DNA from: Octopus sinensis
Lineage: Eukaryota
Assembly (NCBI RefSeq): GCF_006345805.1
Contig: NC_043007.1
Coordinates: 75,082,001-75,146,000, forward strand
Length of the DNA stretch: 64,000 nucleotides
Direction of reading: 5' to 3'
Position numbers and translations under genes: made by a program. Positions 52,615-64,000 of the stretch are shown here, in pieces. The notes beneath the pieces are model-generated. The model searched no databases. It was not told the origin of the DNA and worked only from the letters and a program-made list of their open reading frames with translations. Each line of letters opens with the position of its first letter. Position 1 is the stretch's first letter.

Positions 52615-53000
52615 CTCGTTGTTTGAGTTCAAATAATTCTTTAGCAATTTTACGAAATATTTGCTCGTTTGAATCTTTCAAAGCGTGAATCATTCGATGC
52701 AAGCATTCGTTTTCTTCTTTCAGCTTACAATAGCAGGACCTTGTAACCATGTTTGCTTTAATTTCTTTTATTTCATCTACAATATTTCTTATATCAAGCG
52801 AAGTGGAGTCACTATTGATGGTGATGTCACTAGAATCTCTTGATAGTTTTCCGTCAGAAATTGATCCAGGATAGAATGTGAATAACTGATTTTTATTTCC
52901 GACACGAATTCCGAAAACATCAGTGAGATCTACCTCCAGTCTATGACCTTTAGTCTCAAATCCAGAGGAAGAGTCAACATTTTCAGTGGCAGACATAGTT
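52615..53000 (-). CDS. Putative exon of an unidentified minus-strand gene (coiled-coil-like)
   Basis: Acceptor tttcctcatttcctacaag| at 53001, ATG at 52996, open frame MSATENVDSSSG...LKEENECLHRMIHALKDSNEQIFRKIAKELFELKQR, donor GAG|gtacaa at 52614; non-repetitive; no recognised homologue. Confidence 0.45.
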
Positions 53001-53147
53001 CTTGTAGGAAATGAGGAAATATATTCCAACAAATTAATTCCTCCTATTCACTCATATTTTTTTTTTAACTTCAAATGTATAAAAAGCGAAGTTTTAAACT
53101 TGTTAGATTTACATTATAAAACGTCATAATTATATATGATGCGTTTA

Positions 53148-53543
53148 TCTCTCTATACATATATAAAGCTGAAGTTGTCTGTGTGTGGCAGGTTTGGTAA
53201 CCTTCAACTAACACTATCTCCTCCGAGACCCTGCGGCGCAAGTTGACCAAAATTGAGAGTATGATAGAAGAAGGCTTGCTCTTCCTTCTGCAGAAGAAAA
53301 AAATTAAAATTGGACCATGTTAACACCAAAAATTATCTACATCAAAAACGTGCTTTTTTTTATGAAAATCCCTATTTTTTACGATTTTTTTACTGCTGTG
53401 TCGCCATTTTTCGGTGTATTTCAACCAGGAAAATGTTCACTTAAAGAGAATAACAAGCTACATAAGGCAAAATTTTTACTTTTCAAAAATTCTAATTCTA
53501 AAGGGTCGAAACAAATCCGAGCAACGCCGGGCGATACTGCTAG
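53148..53543 (+). mobile_element. Non-autonomous Helitron (~395 bp)
   Basis: A|TCTCTCTATACATATATAAAGCTGAAG...CCGAGCAACGCCGGGCGATACTGCTAG|T; a related 5' end starts at ~63905 and is cut by the window edge. Confidence 0.85.
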
Positions 53544-56394
53544 TTATGTATATAAAATTATAACCGTTATTTTCATGTCATTCATTTTATAATAGGATAC
53601 GATTTTAAGAAGTTCGAGGTCCAATTTTCTTGTTGCGTCGTCTAGGCTTCAAAAGAAAATGAAAACTTCAAACCGAATAGTAACTAAATTTTATAAATAC
53701 ATTACACACAAACACATGCGCTCGCACGCGCGCGTAATAATAAGGATTTAACAATGATCCTTATTATAACGCACGCGCGCGTAATAATAAGGATTTAACA
53801 ATGATCCTTATTATAATAATGATTGCGCGTATATCCGTATGGTATGATATTTAGTCTTTAACAAAAGAATGGACTTTCTGTGGGTTTTTAGCCCTATACG
53901 TCCATAGGAGATTCTTTCGCGAGGCGAATATCGACGTTCTATAACTTTCTACAGTGTAGCTATATTAAGTAAAATAAACAGAATGTTATTCTGAACTAAT
54001 TTTGCTTCCGTCGCTAATAACGAATTTTTAGCCTGCTGGCCGGTTATTTGCGACACCAATGATTTGTTAATTATTGTTTTTCTATATTAATAGAGGCTAA
54101 ATTTGTCTAAGCATACAGCTGCAAGTAGATACTTGCTACTGGTGGTACTCAAAGAAGCAGGTATCTTAGTTTAACAACTCTGCTGCTATTACTAGACGCT
54201 TTTTATCTGATAGCGATATTATTTTGTGGTTTTTAACACAAAAAGGCTTTCTCTAGACGAATACTGCATTTTTCTGCCTTTTAACAGAGTATCCACGTAC
54301 ATCGTGCAGCTTATTCAGTTGGTATTTTGACGTAGAAATTGTCATCAAAATATGAAAGAAAGTTTACAGAATGTCCATAAATTACCTCTTCAATTTGAGA
54401 AATTCAGAAGAGAAAAAGAAGGGAAAATAATAACTCATAGGCGCAGCAGTGGCTGTGTGGTACGTAGCTTGCTTACCAACCACATGGTTCCGGGTTCAGT
54501 CCCACTGCGTGGCATCTTGGGCAATTGTCTTCTGCTATAGCCCCGGGCCGACCAATGCCTTGTGAGTGGATTTGGTAGACGGAAATGAAAGAAGCCTGTC
54601 GAACATATGTATATATATGTATGTGTGTGTATATGTTTGTGTGTCTGTGTTTGTGCCCCTAGCATTGCTTGACAACCGATGCTGGTGTGTTTACGTCCCC
54701 GTCACTTAGCGGTTCGGCAAAAGAGACTGGGCTTACAAAGAATAAGTCCCGGGATCGATTTGCTCGACTAAAGGCGGTGCTCCAGCATGGCCGTAGTCAA
54801 ATGACTGAAACAAGTAAAAGAGTAAAAGAGAGTCAGAGTTCATTGGAAAGTACAGAAGGACAAATTAAGTTTTATTAGAAGCATCAGAACACTTCTTAGT
54901 GGGTTTCACTGGCTGCCTAGAAATTGGGAGATAGCTTTCAACTTTGATAGATACAATAAACTGTGGAAGTTGTAAAGATAATTTATGAATATCCTGTAAT
55001 ATTGTAAAAACAAACTAAACCTTTACTCGTTAACTTCCTGCCGTCAAGAGCAGACATCCACAGATAAATAAAATCCTTCTTGGCGAGAACTCCATAGAAC
55101 AAATTTTCATTTTGTAAAGCTTGCAAAATAAAAACACAAAAAAAAAAACATTGAATCACAGAGCAAAAAAGGAAATATATTTGATTTCGATGAAATTGAA
55201 TGATAATAATCCTTTCTATTATAGGCACAAGGCCTGAAATTTTGGGGTGGGGGAATAGTCAATTGACCCAGTGCTCAACTGATATTTATTTTATCAATTC
55301 CGAAAGGATGAAAGGTAAAATCGACCTCGGCGAAATAAGAACCCAGAGCGTAAAGACGGACGAAATGCCGCTAAGATTGTTTGGAACATCTCTCACCGAA
55401 CAAAAGTGAATAGCTGTTATAGCAAGGAAGAATAGCCAGCAGTGTGGAAAAAAATTGAACTGCAGGTCGTTGAACAACTGTATGGTATGAGGTCTAGAGA
55501 TGTGGTCGCACTGCATTTTCAAAAGCCGGTTTCATCCATGAAAGTTCATACGCCAAGAGATTGAGGGTAAAGGTACGGGTAAAGACTCCGCTTCGGTCAC
55601 GAATGACCATGGGATTGCACCTAGAAAGTTCCCCTCCGAGTCCGGGGAAGCTTGTTTGTGGAAGACCAGCAGTCGCCCATTCATGCCAGTATCCTATCTC
55701 CACGCCATTAATATTATCCAAAGCACCAGTGACGTCGCAACTCATTTCTACAGTTGAGTGAACTGGAGCAACGTGAAATAAAGTACCTTGCTCAAGAACA
55801 CAACACACAGCCCGGTCCGGGAATCGAACTTACAACCACATGATTGTAAGCCCGATTATCTGACCACTGAGCATGCATCTTCACTGAGAGCTTGAAGAGC
55901 GGTAATATATGCGTTGTGGGAGGTCGACTTTGCCTTTCATCCTTTCGAGGTCGATAAATTAAGTACCAGTTCCGTACTGGGATCGATCTAATCGACTGAC
56001 CCCTCCACAAAAATTTCGGGTTTTGTGCCTAGAGTAGAAAAGAATATATGTAGAGGGGAGTTGTTGGAAGTGACAAGAAGTAGGGCTTTATTACATAGAA
56101 TGAATGATGGTCAAAACATAATCGAACCGTTTATATAAATATTGTGTTGAGTAAAAACCGAAGTATGTCAACAAAGTAAATAATGTATTTTTTCAATAAA
56201 TGAAATCGTTACTAACGATCAGTAAACGTTGAAATCTCATGGAACCTTGAAAGCCTGTTTCAATGAATTCGATCAAATTTGATAACTTACAACAAATTGT
56301 CTACATGGCATCACTTCGAGTTAATTCCCCGATTAAAAACAAAAGAAAGCAGAGAGAGAAGCAACTGCACTGAAACGGCTTTACTCTTCTTTTC

Positions 56395-56554
56395 TTTTTT
56401 TTTTTTTTACTTGTTTCAGTCATTTGACTGTGGCCATGCTGGAGCACCGCCTTTAGTCGAACAAATCGACCCCAGGACTTATTCTTTGTAAGCCTAGTAC
56501 TTGTTCTAACGTAAACACACCAGCATCGGTTGTCAAGCAATGTTGGTGAGACAA

Positions 56555-56591
<37 letters not shown>

Positions 56592-56616
56592 ATATATATA
56601 TATATAATATATATAT

Positions 56617-56650
<34 letters not shown>
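56395..56650 (-). mobile_element. SINE family B, 3' half (split by the ribozyme array)
   Basis: Tail sequence cttgtttcagtcatttgactgtggcc...gcaatgttggtgagacaaacacac followed by (TA)n. Confidence 0.8.
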
Positions 56651-56921
56651 ATAATTAATTAATAAGGGTGAGAGAATTAGATACTAATTTAATAGTATGT
56701 CTATTCAACACAAGTGGCCTAGTGCTCCGAGAAACCTGGATAATTATATTTTATAATATATTATATATTTTTACAAAATAAATATAGAGAGTGGTCACTA
56801 TATGGCTCACTCTAGCACCAGTTAATCCAAAAGGTTTCAACCACAAAAATACATGTTTCCCATGAAAGTCAGTACGATTGTTAGCTCACACGGACAGGGC
56901 AAATAAAAAATAACAAAAATA

Positions 56922-57017
56922 CAGATTATTTTGGGACAATTGTTTCGCTATTAATGAATTAAATGTAATTTTACTTACAAAAAAATCCACTTGTAACTCG
57001 TCAGCCAAAACTATCTG
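56922..57017 (-). ncRNA. Type I hammerhead ribozyme, unit 1
   Basis: CAGAUAGUUUUGG-CUGACGA-GUUA...UAGC-GAAA-C-AAUU-G-UC/CCAAAAUAAUCUG. Confidence 0.82.
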
Positions 57018-57451
57018 GATGAAATCCACTCAATCACACGCCAGATTTTACCATAACGATAAATACACGTGTGGTTCAATTGATTACATCCGACGTTATA
57101 ATTCAAATGCCCCAACTAACAGCGCGCCAAACTTTCACCGGAAACAAATACTGCATTAGAAATAAATGCAGCATAATTATAATTAATTAATAAGGGTGAG
57201 AGAATTAGATACTAATTTAATAGTATGTCTATTCAACACCAAGTGGCCTAGTGCTCCGAGAAACTGGATATTATATTTTATAATATATTATAATATTTTT
57301 ACAAAATAAATATAAGAGAGTGGTCACTATATGGCTCACCTCTAGCAACAGTTAATCCAAAAGGTTTCAACCACAAAAATACATGTTTCCCATGAAAGTC
57401 AGTACGATTGTTAGCTCACACGGACAGGGCAAATAAAAAATAACAAAAATA

Positions 57452-57547
57452 CAGATTATTTTGGGACAATTGTTTCGCTATTAATGAATTAAATGTAATT
57501 TTACTTACAAAAAAATCCACTTGTAACTCGTCAGCCAAAACTATCTG
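57452..57547 (-). ncRNA. Type I hammerhead ribozyme, unit 2
   Basis: Identical to unit 1 as read. Confidence 0.82.
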
Positions 57548-57980
57548 GATGAAATCCACTCAATCACACGCCAGATTTTACCATAACGATAAATACACGT
57601 GTGGTTCAATTGATTACATCCGACGTTATAATTCAAATGCCCCAACTACAGCGCGCCAAACTTTCACGAAAACAAATACTGCATTTAGAAATAAATGCAG
57701 CATAATTATAATTAATTAATAAGGGTGAGAGAATTAGATACTAATTTAATAGTATGTCTATTCAACACCAAGTGGCCTAGTGCTCCGAGAAACCTGGATA
57801 ATTATATTTTATAATATATTATAATATTTTTACAAAATAAATATAAGAGAGTGGTCACTATATGGCTCACTCTAGCCCAGTTAATCCAAAAGGTTTCAAC
57901 CACAAAAATACATGTTTCCCATGAAAGTCAGTACGATTGTTAGCTCACACGGACAGGGCAAATAAAAAATAACAAAAATA

Positions 57981-58075
57981 CAGATTTTTTTGGACAATTG
58001 TTTCGCTATTAATGAATTAAATGTAATTTTACTTACAAAAAAATCCACTTGTAGCTCGTCAGCCAAAACTATCTG
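57981..58075 (-). ncRNA. Type I hammerhead ribozyme, unit 3 (altered 3' strand of stem I)
   Basis: Core intact (CUGACGA-GCUA...UAGC-GAAA-CAAUUGUC) but followed by CAAAAAAAUCUG. Confidence 0.65.
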
Positions 58076-58826
58076 GATGAAATCCACTCAATCACACGCC
58101 AGATTTTACCATAACGATAAATACACGTGTGGTTCAATTGATTACATCCGACGTTATAATTCAAATGCCCCAACTAACAGCGCGCCAAACTTTCACGGAA
58201 AACAAATACTGCATTTAGAAATAAATGCAGCATAATTATAATTAATTAATAAGGGTGAGAGAATTAGATACTAATTTAATAGTATGTCTATTCAACACCA
58301 AGTGGCCTAGTGCTCCGAGAAACCTGGATAATTTTTTGTAAGTAAAATTACATTTAATTCATTAATAGCGAAACAATTGTCCAAAAATAATCTGTATTTG
58401 TTATTTTTTATTTGCCCTGTCCGTGTGAGCTAACAATCGTACTGACTTTCATGGAAAACATGTATTTTTGTGGTTGAAACCTTTTGGATTAACTGGTGCT
58501 AAAGTGAGCCATATAGTGACCACTCTCTTATATTTATTTTGTAAAAATTTATAATATATTATAAAATATAATTATCCAGGTTTCTCGGAGCACTAGGCCA
58601 CTTGGTGTTGAATAGACATACTATTAAATTAGTATCTAATTCTCTCACCCTTATTAATAATTATAATTATGCTGCATTTATTTCTAAATGCAGTATTTGT
58701 TTTCCGTGAAAGTTTGGCGCGCTGTTAGTTGGGGCATTTGAATTATAACGTCGGATGTAATCAATTGAACCACACGTGTATTTATCGTTATGGTAAAATC
58801 TGGCGTGTGATTGAGTGGATTTCATC

Positions 58827-58922
58827 CAGATAGTTTTGGCTGACGAGCTACAAGTGGATTTTTTTGTAAGTAAAATTACATTTAATTCATTAATAGCGAA
58901 ACAATTGTCCCAAAATAATCTG
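58827..58922 (+). ncRNA. Type I hammerhead ribozyme, inverted unit
   Basis: Stem I 58827-58839/58910-58922; CTGACGA 58840-58846; stem II GCTA/TAGC; GAAA 58898-58901; GTC 58907-58909. Confidence 0.85.
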
Positions 58923-59358
58923 TATTTTTGTTATTTTTTATTTGCCCTGTCCGTGTGAGCTAACAATCGTACTGACTTTCATGGGAAATGTATTTTTGTG
59001 GTTGAAACCTTTTGGATTAACTGGTGCTAGAGTGAGCCATATAGTGACCACTCTCTTATATTTATTTTGTAAAAATATTATAATATATTATAAAATATAA
59101 TTATCCAGGTTTCTCGGAGCACTAGGCCACTTGGTGTTGAATAGACATACTATTAAATTAGTATCTAATTCTCTCACCCTTATTAATTAATTATAATTAT
59201 GCTGCATTTATTTCTAAATGCAGTATTTGTTTTCCGTGAAAGTTTGGCGCGCGCTGTTAGTTGGGGCATTTGAATTATAACGTCGGATGTAATCAATTGA
59301 ACCACACGTGTATTTATCGTTATGGTAAAATCTGGCGTGTGATTGAGTGGATTTCATC

Positions 59359-59453
59359 CAGATAGTTTTGGCTGACGAGCTACAAGTGGATTTTTTTGTA
59401 AGTAAAATTACATTTAATTCATTAATAGCGAAACAATGTCCCAAAATAATCTG
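59359..59453 (+). ncRNA. Type I hammerhead ribozyme, last inverted unit (stem III loop 1 nt shorter)
   Basis: CTGACGA at 59372-59378; GAAA-C-AAT-G-TC/CCAAAATAATCTG. Confidence 0.72.
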
Positions 59454-59599
59454 TATTTTTGTTTTTTTTTATTTGCCCTGTCCGTGTGAGCTAACAATCG
59501 TACTGACTTTCATGGGAAACATGTATTTTTGTGGTTGAAACCTTTTGGATTACTGGTGCTAGAGTGAGCCATATAGTGACCACCTCTTATATTTAATTT

Positions 59600-59778
59600 T
59601 ATATATATATATATATATTACAGCGGGCTTCTTCCAGTTTCCGTCTACCAAATCCACTCACAAGGCTCTGGTCGGCCCGTGGCTATAGTAGAAGATACTT
59701 GACCATGGTGTCACGCAGTAGGACTGAACCCGGAACCATGTGGTTGGTAAGCAATCAACTTACCACACAGCCACTCCT
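59600..59778 (-). mobile_element. SINE family B, 5' half (split by the ribozyme array)
   Basis: Minus strand aggagtggctgtgtggtaag...gaagaagcccgctg followed by (TA)n. Confidence 0.8.
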
Positions 59779-60820
59779 AGACAGTTGTTCTGGAGACTTT
59801 TGTAGGGTATATAATTTTCTTATTATTGTGTCTATTCTGCATAGTATTAACTTAAAGCTTCGTCAATTCCACTTAGACGACATTTAACTAAACTGGTGAG
59901 ACGCAGGCGTGACTGTGAGCTTAGAAGTTTTCTTCCCAACAACATGGTTCTGGAATCAGTCTCACTGCGTTACACCTTGGGCAAGTGTCTTTCACCATAG
60001 CTTCGAGTTGACCAAAGCTTTGTGAGTAGATTTGGTCGATAGAAACTGAAACCCGTCGTGTGTGTGTGTGTATGCGTGTGTGTGTGTGTGTGTGCGTGTG
60101 TGCGTGTATGCGTACGTACGTGTGCGCACATACATACATACATACATACATACATACATGCATACATATATATGTGGAGGCGCGTGGCTTAGTGGTTAGG
60201 GTGTCAGCATCATGATCGTAAGATTGTGGTTTCGATTCCTGGACCGGGCGATGCGTTGTGTTCTTGAGCAAAACACTTCATTTCACGTTGCTCCAGTCCA
60301 CTCAGCTGGCAAAAATGAGTAACGTTGCGATGGACTGGCGTCCCATCCAGCTGGGGAACACATACACCATGGAAACCGGGAAACCGGGCCCATGAGCCTG
60401 GCTAGGCTTCAAAAGGGCGCATTTATTATTATTATACATATATATATATATACATATATATATAATATGGTGTGTGTGTTGTCCCGCACCACCGTTTGAC
60501 AACTGGTGTTGATGCATTTACTTCCCCGTAACTTAGCGGTTCGACACAAGAGACTGATGGAATAAGTACCAGACTAGGTTTCACTGGCGGTGCCTTAACA
60601 TAGCCGCAGTCATTCGGAAATATACCATAAACATTAATAGAATGTAATTTTCTCGAAAGAGTAATTCGCACTGCCACAAATTGTACACAAACCGCACCTA
60701 TAAAACCAGTCGCACAAGGAAATAGAAGTATAGCTGAAGACCCAGTAATTAGTATTGCCACAGATTGCACATAAACCACACCCATAAAACTACTCACACA
60801 ACGATATAAAAATATAGCTG

Positions 60821-61195
60821 ACTAGTATTATAACCCGGTCTACTCGGGCCACATTTTAAAGATGAAGAATTAAAAAAAAAAACGAAAATTTTATTAAAAT
60901 TTTTTTCACAATGAAAAATCGTTTCCTAGCAGCCGGAATGTCGCAACAAAATGTATGTTTATTAAGCACAACAGCCTGCAGTGCATGCCGCTGGGCATTA
61001 AAAGTCAATTGCACAAACCTAGAGGGGCTCTGGGCTCCCTTCAATCGATAAAAAAATCACTCTTTTTGCCATAACAACCACATCTTTCTAGCTTGCGAAT
61101 TTTAACCATCGCGGGTCTCATCCTCATCACGCAATTAACCGTCAAAGTAAAATGTGCATACAATTTTCGTCCAAGGACTGTTTTATAGATATAGA
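60821..61195 (-). mobile_element. Non-autonomous Helitron
   Basis: Minus-strand 3' end CCCGAGTAGACCGGG-TTATAATA-CTAG|T; internal part homologous (inverted) to ~40520-40640; 5' end approximate. Confidence 0.65.
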
Positions 61196-63460
61196 AAACT
61201 CATTGGCGTTTAATGTGATGGCTAGTTATATAGTCTTCTTGGGCTATGCATATTGTAGGTTGCGTGTGAAGACGAGACTGTACTAAAGTTTGATTTCTCA
61301 GTACTTTAATCCATGTAGTTTATATGAAGAAAAGTGAATGGTGGCTGTAAAAAGAAAGAATAGCTAGCAGTTTGGGAAAAATCAAATTGCTTTTCCAAAA
61401 GTAAAAGGTAACTTCCGAAAACTGCAGGTCGTTGGACAACTGTATAACAGAAGGTCTAGATATACTCTTACTTGTTCTCTCTGTGGTCACACAACATTTT
61501 CAAAGGCCGGTTTCATGACTCATGAAAGCTCAGTGTCAAGAGATAGCAGGTCAAAGATTGAAGAGTAGTAGTATATGCGTAGAGGTGTGAGTTGTTAGAA
61601 GTGACATTAAGTGGGTCGTTAAAGGCGGCGAGATGGCGGAAACGTTAGCACGCCGGACGAAATGCTTAGTTGTATTTCGTCTGAGGTTATGTTCTGAGTT
61701 CAAATTCCACCGAGGTCGACTTTGCCTTTCATCCTTTCGGGGTCGATAAATTAAGTACCAGTTACGCACTGGGGTCGATGTAATCGACTTAATACCTTTG
61801 TCTGTCCTTGTTTGTCCCCTCTATGTTTAGCCCCTTGTGGGCAATAAAGAAATAAGAAACGTTAGCCTCCACCCCGCTACGCTAGTGTTCGTACCTGTTG
61901 CAAACGTGCCAAAATTCAAGTTCTTGTGGCTTATAATTATTTTGGATTTAGCTAGGTATGAAAACACTGCAAAATCGACCATTTGTTACACGTAACAAAA
62001 TAGGCTTTACGTAAACATATCTAAAATATTGCCAAAAGAAGTTTTCTCTCCAAGAGTCTGAAAAAACAAAAATAGGTAACTACTATACCCTGGTCACTAT
62101 TAATTTGTGTGATTTTAAGATGATTATCACCTTAGTTTCAAATATAGCAACTTAATCATTTAGGCAAATTAACCAAAACTTCAACCAATTTGTTTACCAT
62201 TCATATGGTCATATTTCCTAAAATATTTGTCCAAATTTCATAAATGAGGTATCAAAATGTTTAATTTTGGATGTTCTCCAAGAAATAGCATGGTAAAAAT
62301 TACATTTAAATATTTTCAAAAATTCATAGTTATACCAACTGTTAGGCGGGTAAAACACGTGTTTCTTATGAAGATCGCTGCCTCAACCATAATGAGTCAG
62401 CCAGAGACGATTAGCCGAGCCATATTCACATAAGTGTTAAAACGTTTTTATGGCGATACTTTTCCTTTTATGGAGATACATTAGTTCGTGATTCTAGACT
62501 AGGAAAATCTGAGAGCCATGGTTCAAATCTCAGTCGGGATCTCGTTACAGTAGTCTCGTTGCAGTGAGTTTGTCATACCGCAAACGAAACGAAAATATGC
62601 AGTAAAAAAATTAGCAGTTGAAACAACAAAGACAATTACATTTTGTAAACATTATTGAAACCATAAGGGCAAAATTTTCACAACCATAAGAGAAACGGTT
62701 CAAAATGGTCACAAAGCGTCACAAAGGATCACAATATAGACCAAATACATGGATAAACAGTCACAACACAGAAAATAATATCATACATATGTGTTTGTAG
62801 TTGGCAGACGATGTGCCGTAATGTTTTTCGCATTCTTTTTTTTTTCAAGGACAATAGCTTTTTATGCTGCGGGTGTCTGTGCATGTACATATAGGCGAAT
62901 TTTATGTTGTTTGTGGTTGTGTTGGTTGTGTTTGCATCAATATAAACTTTTTTGAAACTTCTTTTCTACTTTAAGCACAAGGCCGGAAATTTGGGGGAAG
63001 GGCCAGTCGATTAGATCAACCCTAGTACGCAACTTGGTCCTTAATTTATCAACCCTAAAAGAATGAAAGGCAAAGTCGACCTTGGCGGAATTTGAACTCA
63101 GAACGTAGAGACAGACGAAATACCTATTTCTTTACTACCCACAAGGGGCTAAACACAGAGGGGACAAACAAGGACAAATGGATTAAGTCGATTACATCGA
63201 CCCCAGTGCGTAACTGGTACTTAGTTTATCGACTCCGAAGAGATGAAAGACAAAGTTGACCTCGGCAGAATTCGAACTCAACGTAAAGACAGATGAAATA
63301 CTTCTTTTTTTACTACCCGCAAGGGGCTAAACACAGAGAGGACAAACAAGGACAGACAAACGGATTAAGTCGATTACATCGACCCCAGTGCGTAACTGGA
63401 ACTTATTTTTATCGACCCCGAAAGGATGAAAGGCAAAGTCGACCTCGGCGGAATTGGAAC

Positions 63461-63680
63461 TACGAGAGGTTGCTGAAAAGTTCCTGGCTTTGGATAAGAG
63501 AAAATACAGGAGGATCAGTTAATTATGATGTTACCTAACATAATTCATTCTCAGATTCACACACTCATTGCAGCTGTCCTTCCGTTTTTCTAAGCCCTGC
63601 AAAAGAACTTGGAAGGTTGGGCCTCCAGCCAGACCTTTCGCGGTACACTTAAAGCCAGGAACTTTTCAGAACACCCTCCT
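63461..63680. mobile_element. Tc1/mariner-type MITE
   Basis: TACGAGAGGTTGCTGAAAAGTTCCTGGCTTT...AAAGCCAGGAACTTTTCAGAACACCCTC. Confidence 0.65.
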
Positions 63681-63710
63681 CTGTGTGTGTGCGTGTGTGT
63701 GTGTGTGTGT

Positions 63711-63766
<56 letters not shown>

Positions 63767-64000
63767 ATCCTTCGGTATTGGCCTCTAGAGCATCAATATG
63801 AGGAAACGACGTTATTCACTCTCTTTTTCATCCTTGCCTCTCTGTCATGGGGGAAGGCTGTATGGGTGAATGACGTCGCCTACCAATACCGAAGGATTGC
63901 CATATCTTTATGTATAAAACTGAAGTTGTGTGTGTGAGAGACTGTCTCCTCCGATTTAGATTCCTAACTACTCCCACATTTTGCGGTGCAGTTTAACCAA

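Larger units (their letters stand above)
56650..59600. mobile_element. Hammerhead-containing ~530-nt tandem/inverted array (retrozyme-like)
   Basis: Marker taagggtgag at 56663, 57191, 57720, 58250 (period 528-530); orientation flips at ~58333; inverted units run to ~59600; no substantial ORF. Confidence 0.88.

Noticed and set aside
56650-59600. CRISPR array or protein-coding repeat (ORFs 57990-58235, 59214-59444, 57896-58087, 59347-59538)
   Set aside because: Units are ~530 nt with no unique spacers; the ORFs are short chance frames repeated only because the DNA is repeated.
62545-62610. Hammerhead-like GUUUG...CAAAC-GAAAC at ~62558-62590
   Set aside because: Upstream core reads CAGUGA rather than CUGANGA, and no convincing stem III or cleavage triplet.

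Overview
AT-rich, microsatellite-rich animal genomic DNA; the SINE/MITE repertoire suggests an octopod cephalopod (inference). Bases 587-34935 (+) hold the last 21 coding exons of a ryanodine receptor (RyR) gene. I traced these by hand: all introns are GT-AG, phases are consistent, and they give 879 codons plus a stop. They cover an EF-hand, the divergent region, the TM helices, the GGGIGD pore and the C-terminal CFIC/H-EH zinc site. The introns and downstream region are packed with tRNA-type SINEs, REL-endonuclease LINE fragments sitting in (TAA)n, mariner, hAT and piggyBac-like MITEs, short Helitrons and a decayed ~4.3 kb RepHel Helitron. The most striking element is at ~56650-59600: a ~530-nt tandem repeat in which complete units carry a type I hammerhead ribozyme fold (four of five intact or nearly so). 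About 3.2 units point one way and about 2.4 are inverted, with twin-priming-like geometry, and the whole array is inserted in the internal (TA)n of one SINE copy. This looks like a recently inserted, non-coding retrozyme / Penelope-type circRNA element. A second, unrelated minimal hammerhead and several decayed ones lie in RyR introns.
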